The notes: a model not told the origin generated them from the sequence alone. A stretch of 64,000 nt of DNA from Eledone cirrhosa (GCA_964016885.1 OZ024741.1:368776001-368840000), one strand, 5' to 3'; positions 34,286-49,271 are shown, numbered from the stretch's first letter. Numbers and translations are program-made.

Positions 34286-34722
34286 AAAAAAAAAAAAAAA
34301 ATAATAAAAAAAAAAAAAAAGAAAAGAAAAAAAGAAATTATATATATATATATATATATACATACATACATACACGCATACATACACATACACTCACACA
34401 TATATACACACATACATTAACAATAATAATAATAATAATAATAATAGCAATAATAATAATGATTTCTTTATTAACCACAAGGGTTTACATAAAGTAGACA
34501 TTAAGGACAGTGCAGGACAATGCAGGACGGTACAAATGGGCATTTCTGCGTGTAAAAAACAAAAACAGAGGATGTAACAAAAATAACAATGAAAATAACA
34601 ATGAAAAATTCCCCAATAGGGGGGGAGACTTCGGAGGGACATTTGTGGAGAAAGCCCAGTAAAAAGCCACAATGACCCTGACCACCAAGGCAAGTGCCCT
34701 CTCCCAGTTTTCCACCTTTAAT

Positions 34723-37700
34723 TTACAGATATATACTCAGAGTAGGCCCATTCACTCGGGCCATTCTTGCTTCTCTCACCCATCTTTCAACAAAATGCTG
34801 GGAAGAGAGCACTTCCCTCTCTACTCTGATTTTCCTTTTCAAATGAAATTTGAAAAAGTCAATCAGAGCATCACCGAAGAGGTAAGTGCTCGTCTTCAGC
34901 CCTTTCAAACGTGTCCACCATACTATCTCTTTCGCCATGGCCACCAGACAGATAAAAACTGCCTGCCCTTCCCGGCTAAAGGAGGAGGGCGGGGCAATCC
35001 TCACGATGGACTCAGATGATAGCTGGATCCGTCCTAAACGCGACAGCAGGTGTTCGACATAAACCCACAAGTCAGCAATTTTCGGACACTGGACGAGTGC
35101 GTGCAGGACGGTTTCGTCGCCCTGCGCGCATCTCGGACATGCCCGGCTGACGGCACCTCCATGCCTGTAGAGTTTATCCCGAACTGGCAAGGCTCCTCGG
35201 TAGCATTGCCAGGCCAGAGATTTCTGGAAGTTGTCCATAGGCCCTGGCCCGAAAGTTCTTCCGAAGAGATTGGCTAGTTGATTTTCGTCGACGCCTAGAG
35301 TTTCCCCAAGTACGTCGTCGCTCTTACCCTCCACTAATCCTCTATAGAACGCCGAGGTGGAGTTTCCACCGATCACATTGCCCGACTGGTCGAGGGCTGT
35401 GAGCGCCTGAAGACATTCCAGTCTCCAGGCGCTCCTTCTCGGTCTTCGCTTGACCCAGGACTGCAGCTCCGTCAAGGAAACGAGCTGGGGAAATACGCGC
35501 CTAGCAAACGGCGACCACACCTGATCACCGTCGAGGAAGAGGTGGAGATGTCGTAGCCTGAGCGCGTGCCTGCGCATCATCAGCCACGACATGCCCAGCC
35601 CTCCACGTAGCGGGTGTTGACAACAGATGGACCGCCTGACCATCGGAGCACGTCCCTTCCACAAAAAGCGAAAGAGCAAACGCTCCAGCGCAGTCAGGCG
35701 AGGCTTAGGACAAGGTACGACGGTCAGGCGGTAGCAGATGACAGACGCGATGTACGCGTTAGCCACCTCCGCTCGACCTTTCAGGGATAGCTTCCTCTCC
35801 GCCCATTTCTGGGTGAGAGAAGCCACCCTGCTCGTCACCTCGTCCCAGTTTTTGTCTGTCTGGAGGTCCGGACCGAACCAGACCCCTAGCAATTTAACCG
35901 GTCCGTCCGTCCAGCGTCCGACGACGCTGTTGGACGGCATGGACCTGCCTCTCCAGGTGCCGAGCTGCAGGCCCACTGACTTTTCTTGGTTGATCATTGC
36001 TCCTGTCACCGCTTCGTATTCTCTTAGTGTAGTGCCGATCGCCTCGATGTGTTTGGCGTTCGACACCACTACGGTGACATCGTCCGTATATGCTGACACG
36101 GATCTTCCGCATCCTAGTTCGCGCGGGACTCCCCTCAACGTCTCCAGTTTGTGCAGTAATGACTCGAGAGTCAATACGTACAAGAGGGACGAGAGGGGAC
36201 ATCCTTGGCGGACCGAGCGCATGATGTTGAACGGTTCCGACAGGTGACCGTTCACTCTCACCACAGAGCAGATGTCGCTGTGCATGGCAGCGATCCAGCC
36301 TCTGAAGACGGGCCCAAAGCCAGCCGCCCTCAGGACTGCCGCTAGGTAACGATGGTCGACCCTATCGAAAGCTTTCGACTGATCTAAATTGATCAAGGAC
36401 CCACCCGATGTATCGCATGAGGTGGAGGTTGTCGTGGATGGATCTGTCGGGCATGGCGCATGTCTGCGCCTCTCCCACCAGACCACCAACGACAAGCGCC
36501 AACCTCTTTACTAGCACCTTGGCCAAAATCTTAAACTCTGTGTTTAGCAGAGTTATGGGCCGGAAATTGTCTATGTTATCCCCCTTGTTCGGATCCTTTC
36601 TCAGCAGTGCCACCGCTCCTCGGCTCACAGAACTGGGAATTCTCCCGTTCTGTTGCCAGTTGCAGTCTGCCAAGAGGCCTCCGAACAAGTCTGGTATCTG
36701 TACGTAAAGTTCATAGGGCAGACCATCCAAACCAGGCGATTTACCCCTTGTGCAGCCAGTCATTGCCTCCCTTACTTCAGCGGCTGTTATCGGCTTTTCG
36801 CAACACTTCGCCTCAGTGGCCGAGAGCCGCGGCAGTCCGTCGAGGTAGACACTAAAGTCCATCCCTCGACCCGGCCCACCGCTGCCCCCGAACAGCTGAG
36901 CGAAGTGTCGCTGAAAAGCTTCACACATTTGCCCGGGATCGAGTAGCATGCGCCCGTCGTGGTCCACCAAAGACCGGATCATGGCTTTGTTGCCACGATG
37001 CGCCTCCGCCACTCGGGCCCATTGAATGGCTTTCGTCCCCTCGTGTCTGAGAGCACGCACCCTAGCTCTGACAATGCAGCCTTCGTGCTTTGCATTGAAG
37101 AATTGGTCAAGGGCCAATTTTGCCGCAAGCACGTCGGTCGCAATGCCTTTGCTAAGCGCCTCGTCTAATTTTCTAACTAGTTCTCCCTCTGCTCTATTTT
37201 TCTCTATTGCTAAAGCCTTACTAAACCTAATGGATTCTATTCTAATCGCTCTTTTCAGAGCAAACCACCACTTGTTGTTGACGATGGCCCCCGTCAACGC
37301 CCGCTTAACTAGTTCGCTAATCCGGTCTCTGTAGGCCTTGCGCGCTGGTAAGGATGCGTTTAGCTTCCAGTAGCCGGGTCCTCGTCTATGAAGCCTATCT
37401 AAGTCAAGCACACAGATCACGAATTTGTGGTCCGTGTAGCTGACTATCTTGAATTGTAGACAGCCTATGCTAGACCTATCTATTTCCCTACAAAATACTC
37501 TATCTAGATATGATCTGGATGACCCTATGCGATTTGTCCAAGTCCACATTGGTGCATTCGGGAAATCCAATCGGTACCTGTCAGACAGTTCAAAACGCCT
37601 GAGCAGGTTGGTGAGGCTCTTGCACCCTCCACCCCTATCCGCTAATCCCACACAGTCCCAGCGTGCATCTAAGATCCCGTTCCAGTCGCCCACTAACACT

Positions 37701-38107
37701 AAAGAGCGGGACGTTCCAAGAAAGGTCTCCAGACGCCAGAAGAAATCAGGCCGCCCTGCTCCTGTCGGGGCATAGACGGCCACTAGCCTGAAAGCTTGCC
37801 CGTCTCCGCTGGTCAGGTCCAGCACCACCAGCTTACCCTCTGGGTCCAGGAAGATGGCCCGTATGGCGAGATCCAAACCTCTCCGAAAAAGCACAGCAAC
37901 TCCTCCACCCGATCCAGGACGGCTGGGAGATGCGTACACATCGTAGCCGCCGAAGATCGGTGCGAAGGCCCGTGCTTCGGAGATTCTGGTCTCGCTGATG
38001 GCCACTACATCTATGTTTAGTGACCTGAGGTCGTTGAGCAGGTGACCCTGCTTCCATGACGACCCCAAGCCACGCGCATTTATGCTGCCTATTCTGAGTG
38101 AGGTCAT
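34723..38107 (-). pseudogene. Tx1-like ORF2 (APE + RT + C-terminal CCHC), frameshift/deletion near 36410
   Basis: SINARGL, SETR, GDWN, TDH, YWKLN, KSPGLDGLP, FRPITLLN. Second frame has [23 protein letters not shown] and CPRC..ETVLHALVQC. Confidence 0.88.
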
Positions 38108-38142
38108 GTTTAAAATAGAGTGGAAAAGATGGGAAAGACCAC

Positions 38143-39259
38143 TTACCGTACTTTTGGTAGAGGAGGGATGGTTTTTACATCCCTTTTCACTTGATCGTCT
38201 GGTGAAGGGACCGTTGAATCGTCCCTTCGGCTGGTCGTCGGCTCTTCTAAGAGAATGTCTGAATATACTCTTCGATTGATGGAGGTGCCGACCCAATCTT
38301 CTCTTACTTTTTTCTGTACTTGCAGTACAGTTGTTTTGTCCTCGATTCCGACGAGGACAGACGCGGCCAGCCAAGAAGGGGCCATTCCGGGAGGGACGTG
38401 GGTCAGTTTGACCCTCACAATTTTTTGCCCGCAGTAGGAGGGCACCAACACCATTTCCTCGCTCCTTAGGGTCACTACTGATTGGGCCTTTGCCTCCTGG
38501 GGGTGTGGCAAAAAGTACGTCTACGGTGGCATATTTCTTGCCTCGGGTGATGTGCATTTTCCGCTGCCACACAGACCCCAAGGCTTTTTGTATCTGAGCC
38601 TCTGTGGCTCTTTCCACCCTACGGGATTTTGTACTTACTGTACGGTACGTGACCGTACAGTGCTGTTGGGTTTCGAAAAATTTTTCCGCTGCCTTGCAGA
38701 TTGCTCGGTGTCCATTCTTTGTCACCATCTTCTTCGCTTCCTCTAATTCCTCATTTGTTATGAGGATTGTTTCTAAGTTTTTCGCAATGCCTGCAAATGA
38801 GATTGGTTTTTCTTTGCTGCTATTGTTGTTGTTGTCGTCAGAGCTGCTGGTACTTTTGTTGTTGCTGCAGGTACTACGACTACTGCCTCCGCCGCTGTTG
38901 CTGTGGTTGTTGTTGGTGTTGCTGCTGCTAATGCTGTTGTTGTTTATGCTGCTGGTGATGCTGTTGCGGCTGCTACTGTTGTTTACATTGTCACTGTTGC
39001 TGTTGTTATTACGGCTGCTACTGCTATTATTCCTGACGTCAGACGAATGAACTGGGTTTTCGTATTTCCCGCACACCTGTTTCGTCGCTGTCGTCGTCGT
39101 GGAGAAACCTTGCACGCTTTGCACAAGATTTTTCTTTTCTTTCGTCACTTGCGAAAGAGAAGGGAGGGAGAGAGACAATCTTCTCTCTGCTGTAGTGATG
39201 ATTGAGGAAGAAGACGGAATGAGTGGGAGTGACGTATGAAATTTCTTTTTCGTAGCCAT
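38143..39259 (-). pseudogene. Tx1-like ORF1, frameshifted near 38500
   Basis: Lies upstream of ORF2. Low-complexity N-terminus then SFAGIAK; plausible protein continues in the 38143-38511 frame. Confidence 0.6.
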
Positions 39260-40384
39260 GTTGTTTTTTTGTTTAAAATGAATATTGGGTACAAAACCCC
39301 AATAACTGGTTATTTAACCCCGAAGGGCCAAATAACGGACAGAAAGACCCCTCTCACGAGGAGGAGGGTGTCTTTATCAACAATTTGGTTCAAGTTTTAA
39401 ACAATTTACAATTGTTTTAACGGTTAAAAATTAATATACCTTACAGAGCCGAGCCTCCGTCAACCATGGCATTCAATAATAATAATAATAATAGGGAAGA
39501 AGATGCACGAGGTGGCGGAGGTCATGAAATCGCTCCCGTAAGTTTTGAATTTTTAACATATTTAAATCATTTGTGAAATAACAACTCTTAGTACAAATGC
39601 TACGTAAAGCACCCGGCTTGAACCCCAAAAAATTCGGACCCCAAATATATTGTTATAAGGCTCAAATATTCAAATATTCAACTTTGTATTGTACACTGTA
39701 TATCCAAAAAAGAAAATGGCTATAAATGGAAGAAGAACCCCCCCCCTCCTCTCCCCTGTCTACACTATATAGAACAGCCAAACTCACCAACACCAGAAAC
39801 TAGATACACCACCCACCTCATCACCTGTGTACACTAAACACAACAGCCAGATAACGGCAATTTCACCACCACCGCTCACTACTGCCATCATTACCACCAC
39901 TATCCCATCACCGCCGCCACCACTCTTCACTCCTTCACTGACCACCACTGCCTCGGTATCGACATCACCACCACCACTGTCTCAGTATCGCTACCGCCGC
40001 CAGTCTCCCACTTCTCCCAGCTGGCTGCTGCCACCACATTATAGAATTCCTACTACTAACAAAGAAGAAGGCATCAAAATATATAGATAGACTCAAAAGA
40101 AAAAAGAAAAAACAAACAACAAAACCAAAGCAGCACAGCAACAACAGCAAAAAACGAGAAAAACAAACAGAGAAAAACAAAAACAAAAAAAAACAAAAAA
40201 CGTAAAGAAAATAAGAATGAAGAGAGAAGCAGGCGGACGGACAGAGAAGAGGGGGGAAAAACTAAAACTAAAAAAACAAAAACTAAGTCAGACATTCGAA
40301 CACTACATTACAATGAAACTTATGCTTATTCATTTTTGGGGCCCTTTCTGCCTGTGTATTTGTTTGTTTATGTGTGTTCGTATA

Positions 40385-43300
40385 CAGCGTGGTGATAATG
40401 CCACACAAGGGCCAAGTGGAACGGCGAATCCACAGATGGCTATGTAACCATACATTCGCCAATCCTCGATAAGAGTGTTTAAATATCGAACATAAACAGT
40501 TCGAATAACGGTGAAATGGAGACTAGAACGTCATGTGACAGACTCTCACCCAACAGGTGCCCCCTGGCTCAGCAGCAGGAACCTGACTGTCAACCAAATA
40601 CTGCTGATGTTGGAGGAAGAAGAAGGAAAGGGGCCAGAACCAACTGGACGAAAGAATTGAATAGAACTGTTATGCAAGGTTACCTGAAAAGTAACCCCAA
40701 GGAGAGGGGCTACAGGAGACGGATGCATAACATCTGGAACGAGATTGGTCTATTTAAATTAGATGAACAAAAATTGGCCGGGCAGGCTCGGGTAATAAGA
40801 ACTAATGGGTGGATAAGCGAGCTGGAACTGGAGGAACTGAGCAGAGAGAATGGCTTGGAGATGGCGGGTGTAGTATGCCAGACAAGCGAGCCAGTGGGAA
40901 ATGAAGGTGAAGAGGTCCTGAGAACGGAGGAACCACCCGAAGCAGACAATGATCTGAATACTGAGATAAATAATACCTGGAACAGAGATACGGCCACTGA
41001 GGAGATGAATGCTGACGGGCTAGGACAAGATTCGGTTGACATCCTAAATTTAGTGGTAGATGAATTGAACAATGATAGTGGGAGACCTATGAACCTAAGA
41101 TTTGTAGACAGGAAAAAGTTAAAAGAAACAACAGCTAAGGTAAACAAAGTCATCCCATACATTGAGGCGAGGAGCCTTCACCAGTGCAACAATATCCTCA
41201 AAGCAACAGCAAATACGGTGAGGAAACTACTTGGTATAAAAGCGAGAGGAAACAACAGACAAGAAAGAGCAGAGCCGTGGTGGAAGAAACGACTGAGTGG
41301 TCAAATCGGGGAAATGAGAAATGACATAGGAAAGCTTGAGTCACTACTGAATGGGACACTAAAAAACATAGGCACTAAAAATAGACTGGAAATAAAGTAC
41401 AAAACTAGGAGGAAAAAGCTAAATATTATCATAGAGGAACTGAAGCAACGCATTGTAGCAAAGAGTGCAAAAATCAGGCGATACGAGAACAGAGTCAGTC
41501 AGTATAAACAGAACCGCATGTTCGACAACAACCAGAAGATGCTGTTTGGACAGCTTGAGGGGAAAGAAAGAGGCAACGACTTGATCCCTGGGGCGGAGCA
41601 AACTAAAACATTCTGGAGAGGAATATGGGAGCAGGATGTTAGACATAATGTCCAGGCAGGGTGGATTGAGACAGTACAGAGGGAGATCGGTGAGCAGGCA
41701 CACCAACAAACTGATTTGAGTATCACAGTTGAAACTCTTAAGGGGCAGGCCAAAAAACTAACCAACTGGAAATCACCAGGCCCAGATGGTGTGCAGGGGT
41801 ATTGGATTAAAAATTTAACATCCCTCCACCCGAAGCTGACGGCCATGTTCAATGACTGCTTGGTGTCGGGTGAGGTGCCAGAGTGGTTGACAAAAGGTGC
41901 CACAGTTCTGATAATGAAAGACCGAATCAAGGGTAATGATGTTACCAACTATAGACCTATCACATGTCTGTCCGTAATGTGGAAACTGTTGACGAGCATT
42001 GTGTCTGAGGAAATCTACCATCACCTCCACACAAACAACTTGTTACCGGACGAACAGAAAGGATGCCGAAAGAAGTCACGTGGTACAAAGGACCAGTTAC
42101 TTATTGATAAGATGGTAATGGGGAATTGCAGGAGGAGACACACTGATCTTGCCATGGGATGGATAGACTACAGAAAGGCATTTGACATGGTGCCTCATTC
42201 TTGGATCACCAAAAGCCTGGAGATCTTCAGGGTGGCAGATAACATCAGACAGTTGCTGGGCAGGAGTATGGGGTCCTGGGAGACAGAGTTGACATCAACT
42301 GGAGTATCCTTGGGAAGCGTGAAGATCAAGAGAGGTATCTTCCAGGGAGATAGCCTGTCCCCTCTGTTGTTTGTCCTTGCCCTGATGCCCTTGACCATTA
42401 TGCTGCGAAAAGTGAGAGCAGGATACAAGTTGGGAAAGGGAGAGCTTACCATCAATCACCTCCTCTTCATGGACGATCTTAAGCTCTTCGGGAAAAGTGA
42501 GAAGGAGTTGGATGTGCTTGTTGACACTGTCCGTATTTTCAGCAGTGATATATGTATGCAGTTTGGTATTAGTAAATGTGGAGTCATTGTGATGAGGAGG
42601 GGTAGGTTGAGCAGAAGTAACGGGATCCAGATACCAACAGGTGAGATGATAAAGGAAATTGACTCTGAGGAAGGATACAAGTATTTGGGCGTTCTGGAGG
42701 CTGATGGCATAAAGAACAAAAAAATGAAGGAATTGTTAAGAACTGAATACATTCGGAGAGTAAGGAGCGTATTGAAGTCACATCTGAACAGCAGAAATGC
42801 CATAAGCGCAGTAAATTCCCGAGCTGTGTCTATTATTAGGTACAGTGCGGGAATTCTGAGATGGAATGTTGCTGAACAAAAAGAAATGGATAGGAAGACT
42901 AGGAAGCTATTGACTATCTACAACATGTTCCACAAGAGGAGTGATGTCGATAGACTCTACCTAAGGAGATCTGAGGGTGGAAGAGGTCTTATCAGCATAG
43001 AGGACTGTGTTCAGATGGAGAAAAACAACCTATACAAATACGTGACCTATAGTAAGGAGCCAATGCTCAGAACTGTACTGAAGGAGGGGACAGTAGGCCA
43101 GGGGATGTCCAAGGAGGAAGAGCAGCCTTAAGGGAAAATCCCTTCATAGTACCTTCTTTGAGAAAACTGAATTTAGAGATCCACAGACATAGAACTGGTT
43201 GAGAAGAGGAGACCTCAAAAAGGCTACAGAAGGAATGCTAATGGCTGCGCAGGAGCAGGCCCTCCAAACGAAGTGGTTGAAGCACCATATTTACAAGGAG

Positions 43301-43987
43301 GAGGCTAGCCCACTGTGCAGGATCTGTGGAGAGAGAGAGGAGACTGTAGCTCACATTGTGTCCGTGTGTAAACACCTAGCCCAGACCCACTATAAGGGCT
43401 GGAGACACGATGTGATGGGCAGGGTGATCCACTGGCACCTGTGCAAAGTAAACAATTTACCACATTCTGAGAAATGGTATGAGCATAGGCCAGAGGCGGT
43501 GATGGAGAACAATCAGGTGAAGGTGCTGTGGGATTTTAGGATACAGACGGACAAAAAACTGGAACACAATAGACCTGACCTGGTGGTTGTGGACAAAGAA
43601 AAAAGATCGTGTCTGATTGTGGATGTGGCCTGCCCGTTCGACACGAGAGTGCAAGAGAAGGAGAGGGAGAAAATTAACCGATACCAGGACCTAAAGTGGG
43701 AGGTGAAAAGGATTTGGAACTGCCATGAAGTCAAAGTGATCCCGATTGTCATAGGCACACTGGGGACTATCTCCAAAAGTTTCCAGGGATGGTTAAAGAA
43801 AATCGGCCCCTTCACGCTTTTTGGAATGCTTCAAAAGGCATGCTTGCTTGGAACAGCAAGAACCCTCCAATACGTCCTGAATATCTGAGGCTGCAGGTAG
43901 TGGCTTGATATTCATTCCAACGGACTTTCCAGTTAACCAACATCAATGACTGAGATTCAAGGAATAACAACAACAATAATAATAATA
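40385..43987 (+). mobile_element. R4/Dong-type RLE non-LTR retrotransposon, near full length, disrupted at 43120-43195; (AAC/AAT)n tail; 5' boundary approximate
   Basis: ORF 40516-43131 has N-terminal WTKELN..GYRRRMHNIW..EQKLAGQARVI, then NWKSPGPD, WIDYRKAFD, FMDDLK. ORF 43199-43888 has CRIC..H...C, RHD, NRPDLVVVD..IVDVACP..K..RY and QKACLLGTAR. Confidence 0.9.
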
Positions 43988-44009
43988 GTACACTATTAAT
44001 AATTATTAA

Positions 44010-44290
44010 TGCACTCGTGCAATGCCTGTGCGTGACGAATATTTTTAAAGTGAGGAAAGACTGTGCACTGAGCCAATCCCACTCTCTGAGCGACAGTAGC
44101 TATAACCCGAAAAGAAGAAAAGATCAACATCATCGGTAACTACTGAGCCGCAGGTTTTATATCGGAGTTAACCCAGTTTCCTGAGATGCCTTCTCCTAGA
44201 AGAATACCCTGACAAGGGCTAGGGGTTCTTCACTCCCAGTGGTTTAACTGCGCGATCGGGCATCCAGCCCGATTATTTCTATGTCCCCGC

Positions 44291-44292
<2 letters not shown>
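44010..44292 (-). mobile_element. Diverged relative of the RTE-like 5'UTR segment of the bipartite element
   Basis: Collinear similarity to 5610-5810 (AATGCCTGTG, CCCACTCTC, AAAAGAAGAA, TCAACATCAT, CCTTCTCCTAGAA, TGACAA.GGCTA.GGG). Confidence 0.65.
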
Positions 44293-44327
<35 letters not shown>

Positions 44328-44438
44328 TTATTGACACTTATACGTACGACATACACACACACGCATACATATGCGCGCACACAGCAACACTCTTACATAC
44401 AACAAACACACACACACGCTATTCTACTCACTTACACG

Positions 44439-44479
<41 letters not shown>

Positions 44480-44769
44480 TACCGTCATTACTGATACAAG
44501 ATTACAAGATTATGTCAACTATTGACTTTCAAGAGTTTGTATAGTTGAAGCCGATCGTACTACAGTCCAGTATTATTATAATTGCTTTACAGCATAGAGT
44601 TATGGCTCTCCACGGAGTCAACAAAAGAGAGTACCAGTGATGCGCTGGGCCAGTCGCTGGATCCGTGCCAAAAGCAGAAAAATTATTATTAAAGTTGTTC
44701 TTAAGGCCAGATCGCTGGTGATGGTGATGGCGGCGGCGGTAGTGGTGGTGGCAGTTGTTGTTGTTGTTG

Positions 44770-45223
44770 TGTGTGTGTTGGTGTGTGTGTTGGTGTGTGT
44801 GTTGGTGTGTGTGTTGGTGTGTGTGTTGGTGTGTGTGTTGGTGTGTGTGTCGTTGTGTGTGTTGGCGTGTGTGTTGGCGTGTGTGTTGGCGTGTGTGTTG
44901 GCGTGTGTGTTGGCGTGTGTGTTGGCGTGTGTGTTGGCGTGTGTGTTGGCGTGTGTGTTGGCGTGTGTGTTGGCGTGTGTGTTGGCGTGTGTGTTGGCGT
45001 GTGTGTTGGCGTGTGTGTTGGCGTGTGTGTTGGCGTGTGTGTTGGCGTGTGTGTTGGCGTGTGTGTTGGCGTGTGTGTTGGCGTGTGTGTTGGCGTGTGT
45101 GTTGGTGTGTGTGTTGGTGTGTGTGTTGGTGTGTGTGTTGGTGTGTGTGTTGGTGTGTGTGTTGGTGTGTGTTGGTGTGTGTTGGTGTGTGTTGGTGTGT
45201 GTTGGTGTGTTGGTGTGTGTGTT

Positions 45224-45273
<50 letters not shown>
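44770..45273. repeat. 12-bp minisatellite (GTGTGTGTTGGY)n grading into (GT)n
   Basis: Directly visible; translates as TPTH repeats on the minus strand. Confidence 0.95.
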
Positions 45274-45277
<4 letters not shown>

Positions 45278-45455
45278 GTTATTTTGAGTTTTTTTTTTCC
45301 TTTCTTTTTTTTTTTTCCCTTCCCCTTTTCTTTTCCCTTCCTTATAGATAGGGAGCTTATAGATAGCTTATATACATACATATATATATACATACATACA
45401 TATATACATACATACATATATACATACATACATATATACATACATACATATATAT

Positions 45456-47690
45456 AGACCAAGAGGGAAGCTAGGCGACAAGTATACTTAGCTAGGAGGG
45501 AAGCAGAGGATAGAAAATTCAAGCATGTTTTACAACGTGAGGACCAGAAACAGGAGGTATTCAAGATTGCGAGGCAGTGTGTCAGAGATAGTTGTGATGT
45601 CATTGGAGAGAAGTGTATCCGGAATGATAAAGGTGAGCTTGCCCTCACAAGAGCTGAGAAGAAAGATGTATGGAAGAGTCATTATGATAGATTACTAAAT
45701 GAGGAGAATGCATGGGAAGAAGAGACCCTACCCCAAGTAGACCCTATAGAGGGACCAGCAGTACAAGTCAGCAGCAGCGTAGTAAGTAAGGCAATCAAAG
45801 ATATGAAGATGGGGAAGGCAACCGGTCCATCGGGTATAGCTGCCGAGATGCTGAAGGCATCTGGGTCTGTAGGTCACACTATAACCACTTGTATCGTTAA
45901 CCAGGTAATACTAGAAGGGGCCATACCAAAAGATTGGTGCAGTAGCATCATTGTCAACTGCTACAAAGGTAAAGGCGATGCACTAGATAGAGGAAACTAT
46001 AGAGGTATAAAGTTGATGGACCAGGTCATGAAAGTAACAGAAAGAGTTATAGCACAGCTGATTAGGGACCGGGTGAAAATAGACGAGATGCAATTTGGGT
46101 TTGTACCAGGAAGAGGCACCACTGATGCCCTCTTCCTTGTGAGGCAATTACAGGAAAAGTACCTAGCTAAAAGTAAGCCACTCTACTTGGCATTTGTCGA
46201 CCTTGAGAAAGCCTTTGACAGAGTTCCACGTGCTGTAATCTGGTGGGCTCTTAGAAAACTAGGAGTAGATGAATGGCTTGTGAAAACGGTACAAGCCATG
46301 TATAGGGGAGCAGTCAGCAAAGTTAGGATTAGCAATGAGTATAGCGAGGAATTTAGCGTACAGGTTGGGGTCCACCAGGGCTCTGTTCTTAGCCCTCTCC
46401 TGTTCATCATAGTCCTGCAGGCAATAACGGAGGAGTTTAAGACCGGATGCCCATGGGAACTCCTGTATGCTGATGACCTCGCACTCATAGCTGAATCTAT
46501 GGTAGAACTAGAGAATAAATTCCAAACCTGGAAGCAGGGACTAGAAAGAAAGGGTCTCAAAGTCAACCCGACAAAGACTAAGGCCCTTGTAAGTAGACGA
46601 GAAAACAGAACCCAGATCCCCTCAGGGAAATGGCCTTGCTCAGTATGTAGGAAAGGTGTAGGTTGGAACTCCATTCTCTGCCCCAATTGCAAACAATGGG
46701 TACACAAGAGATGTAGCGGGATCTCAGGAAGCTTAATTAAGAATGTAGGCTTCACATGCAGCAGCTGTGCTGAGACAGCAAGCAGCAAACAGCCACAGGA
46801 AACAAGTACCACCAATCTCTGGGAGGGCCCTGTAGAAACAGTTGACAGCTTCTGCTACCTAGGTGACCGAATTACCAACGGAGGTGGGTGTTCAGAAAGT
46901 ACAATAACTAGGGTAAGAACGGGATGGAAGAAGTTTAGGGAACTACTACCACTGCTAGCTGCAAAAGGCTTCTCCCTCAGAATGAAAGGCAGACTGTATG
47001 ATGCGTGTATCCGCTGAAGGTGGAAGACTTACGTAGATTAGAGAGAAACGAAGCCTGCATGCTCTGATGGATGTGTAACAGTAATATACGTGAACGACAA
47101 AGCATAAATGAATTGAGAGAGAGACTGAGCATAAGAGGAATCAAATGCTGTGTGCAGGAGAGGCGGTTGCGCTGGTATGGACATGTGATGCGTATGAAGG
47201 ATGACAGCTGCATAAAAAGGTGCACAGCACTAGAAGTTGATGGAAACCGTGGAGTGGGGAGACCCAAGATGACCTGGGATGAGGTGATAAAAGCCGACCT
47301 TACCCAATTACACCTCTCAAAGACAATGACACACGACCGTGACTTCTGGCGTCACGCAGTAATACAGAATACCCAACCTCCCATGGGTACAAGCTGAAGC
47401 ATATAGACAATATGCCCCCACACCCCCCACCGCAAGGTGGTCGTGGAGGTACCACGGCAAAAAAGCACCCAGCCCACACTGTAAAGTGGACGTGTAGGCG
47501 CCACGAAAAAGCACCCAGCACTCACTGTAAATGAGGTGGTGTTAGGAAGGGCATCCAGCTGTAGAAATCAAGCCAGATCAGTTCCTATATGAGCAAGGCA
47601 TGGTCAGCCGACCAGACACTGCCCACAACAGGACAACCCGTCTAACCCATGCTAGCGTGGAAGAATGGACTTAAAACGGTGATGATGATG
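45456..47690 (+). mobile_element. RTE-B LINE, 5'-truncated, with a small deletion near 47012 and a premature stop near 47065
   Basis: ORFs 45803-47017 and 47071-47397 with RT motifs and the PHD-like finger. 3'UTR and (GAT)n as in 12527-12827. Confidence 0.93.
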
Positions 47691-48273
47691 ATATATATAC
47701 ATATACATATATATATGCATATATACATATATACGCATATATATATATATACGCATATATATATACATATATATATACATATACATATATATATACATAT
47801 ATACATATATACGCATATATATATATATACGCATATATATATACATATACATGCATATATATATATATACGCATATATATATACATACGCATATATATAT
47901 ACATACGCATATATATATACATATGCATATACATATACATATACATATACATATATATATATACATATACATATACATATATATACATATATATATACAT
48001 ATACATACATATACATATACATACACATATATATATACATACATATATATACACATATATACACATATATACACATATATACACATATATACACATATAT
48101 ACATATATATACACATATATACATATATATACACATATACATATATATACACATATATACACACATATATACATATATATACACATATACACATATATAC
48201 ATATATATATATATACATATACATATATATATACATATACATATATATATACATATATATATACATATATATA

Positions 48274-48304
<31 letters not shown>

Positions 48305-48896
48305 ACATATACATATATATACATATATATACATATATATACATATATACATATATATACATATATACATATATATACATATACACATATATATACATAT
48401 ACACTTTTATATACATATATACTTTTATATACATATATACTTTTATATACATATATATACATATATATATACATATATATATACATACATATATACATAT
48501 ATACTTTTATATACATATATACTTTTATATACATATACATATATATACACATATATATACACATATATATACACATATATATACATATATATATATACAC
48601 ATATATATACACATATATATATACACATATATATACACATATATATACACATATATATATACATATATATATACATATATATATACATACATATACATAT
48701 ATATACATATATATACATATATATACACATATATATACATATATATACACATATATACACATATATACACATATATATACACATATATATACACATATAT
48801 ATATACATATATATATACATATATATACACATATATATATACACATATATATATACACATATATATATACACATATATATACACATATATATACAC

Positions 48897-48927
<31 letters not shown>

Positions 48928-48982
48928 CATATATATATATACATATATATATATACACATATATATACACATATATATACAC

Positions 48983-49013
<31 letters not shown>

Positions 49014-49190
49014 CATATATATATATACACATATATATATATATACATATATATATATACACATATATATATATATACACATATATATATATATACACAT
49101 ATATATATATATATACATATATATACACATATATATACACATATATATACACATATATATACACATATATATATATACATATATATACAC

Positions 49191-49271
<81 letters not shown>

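Larger units (their letters stand above)
34461..39474 (-). mobile_element. Tx1/L1-clade LINE, near full length but degenerate, flanked by (AAT)n on both sides
   Basis: ORF1 from 39259 with an N/S-rich tract; ORF2 from 38107; AATAAA just before the 3' end. (AAT)n at 34422-34460 and 39475-39493. Confidence 0.88.

Noticed and set aside
39494-40330. Host exon in the non-element interval
   Set aside because: Only low-complexity CAC- and A-rich sequence with no recognisable protein motif; a small exon cannot be excluded without RNA data.
44637-45648. TPTH / VLAC repeat proteins
   Set aside because: Translations of the 12-bp minisatellite.
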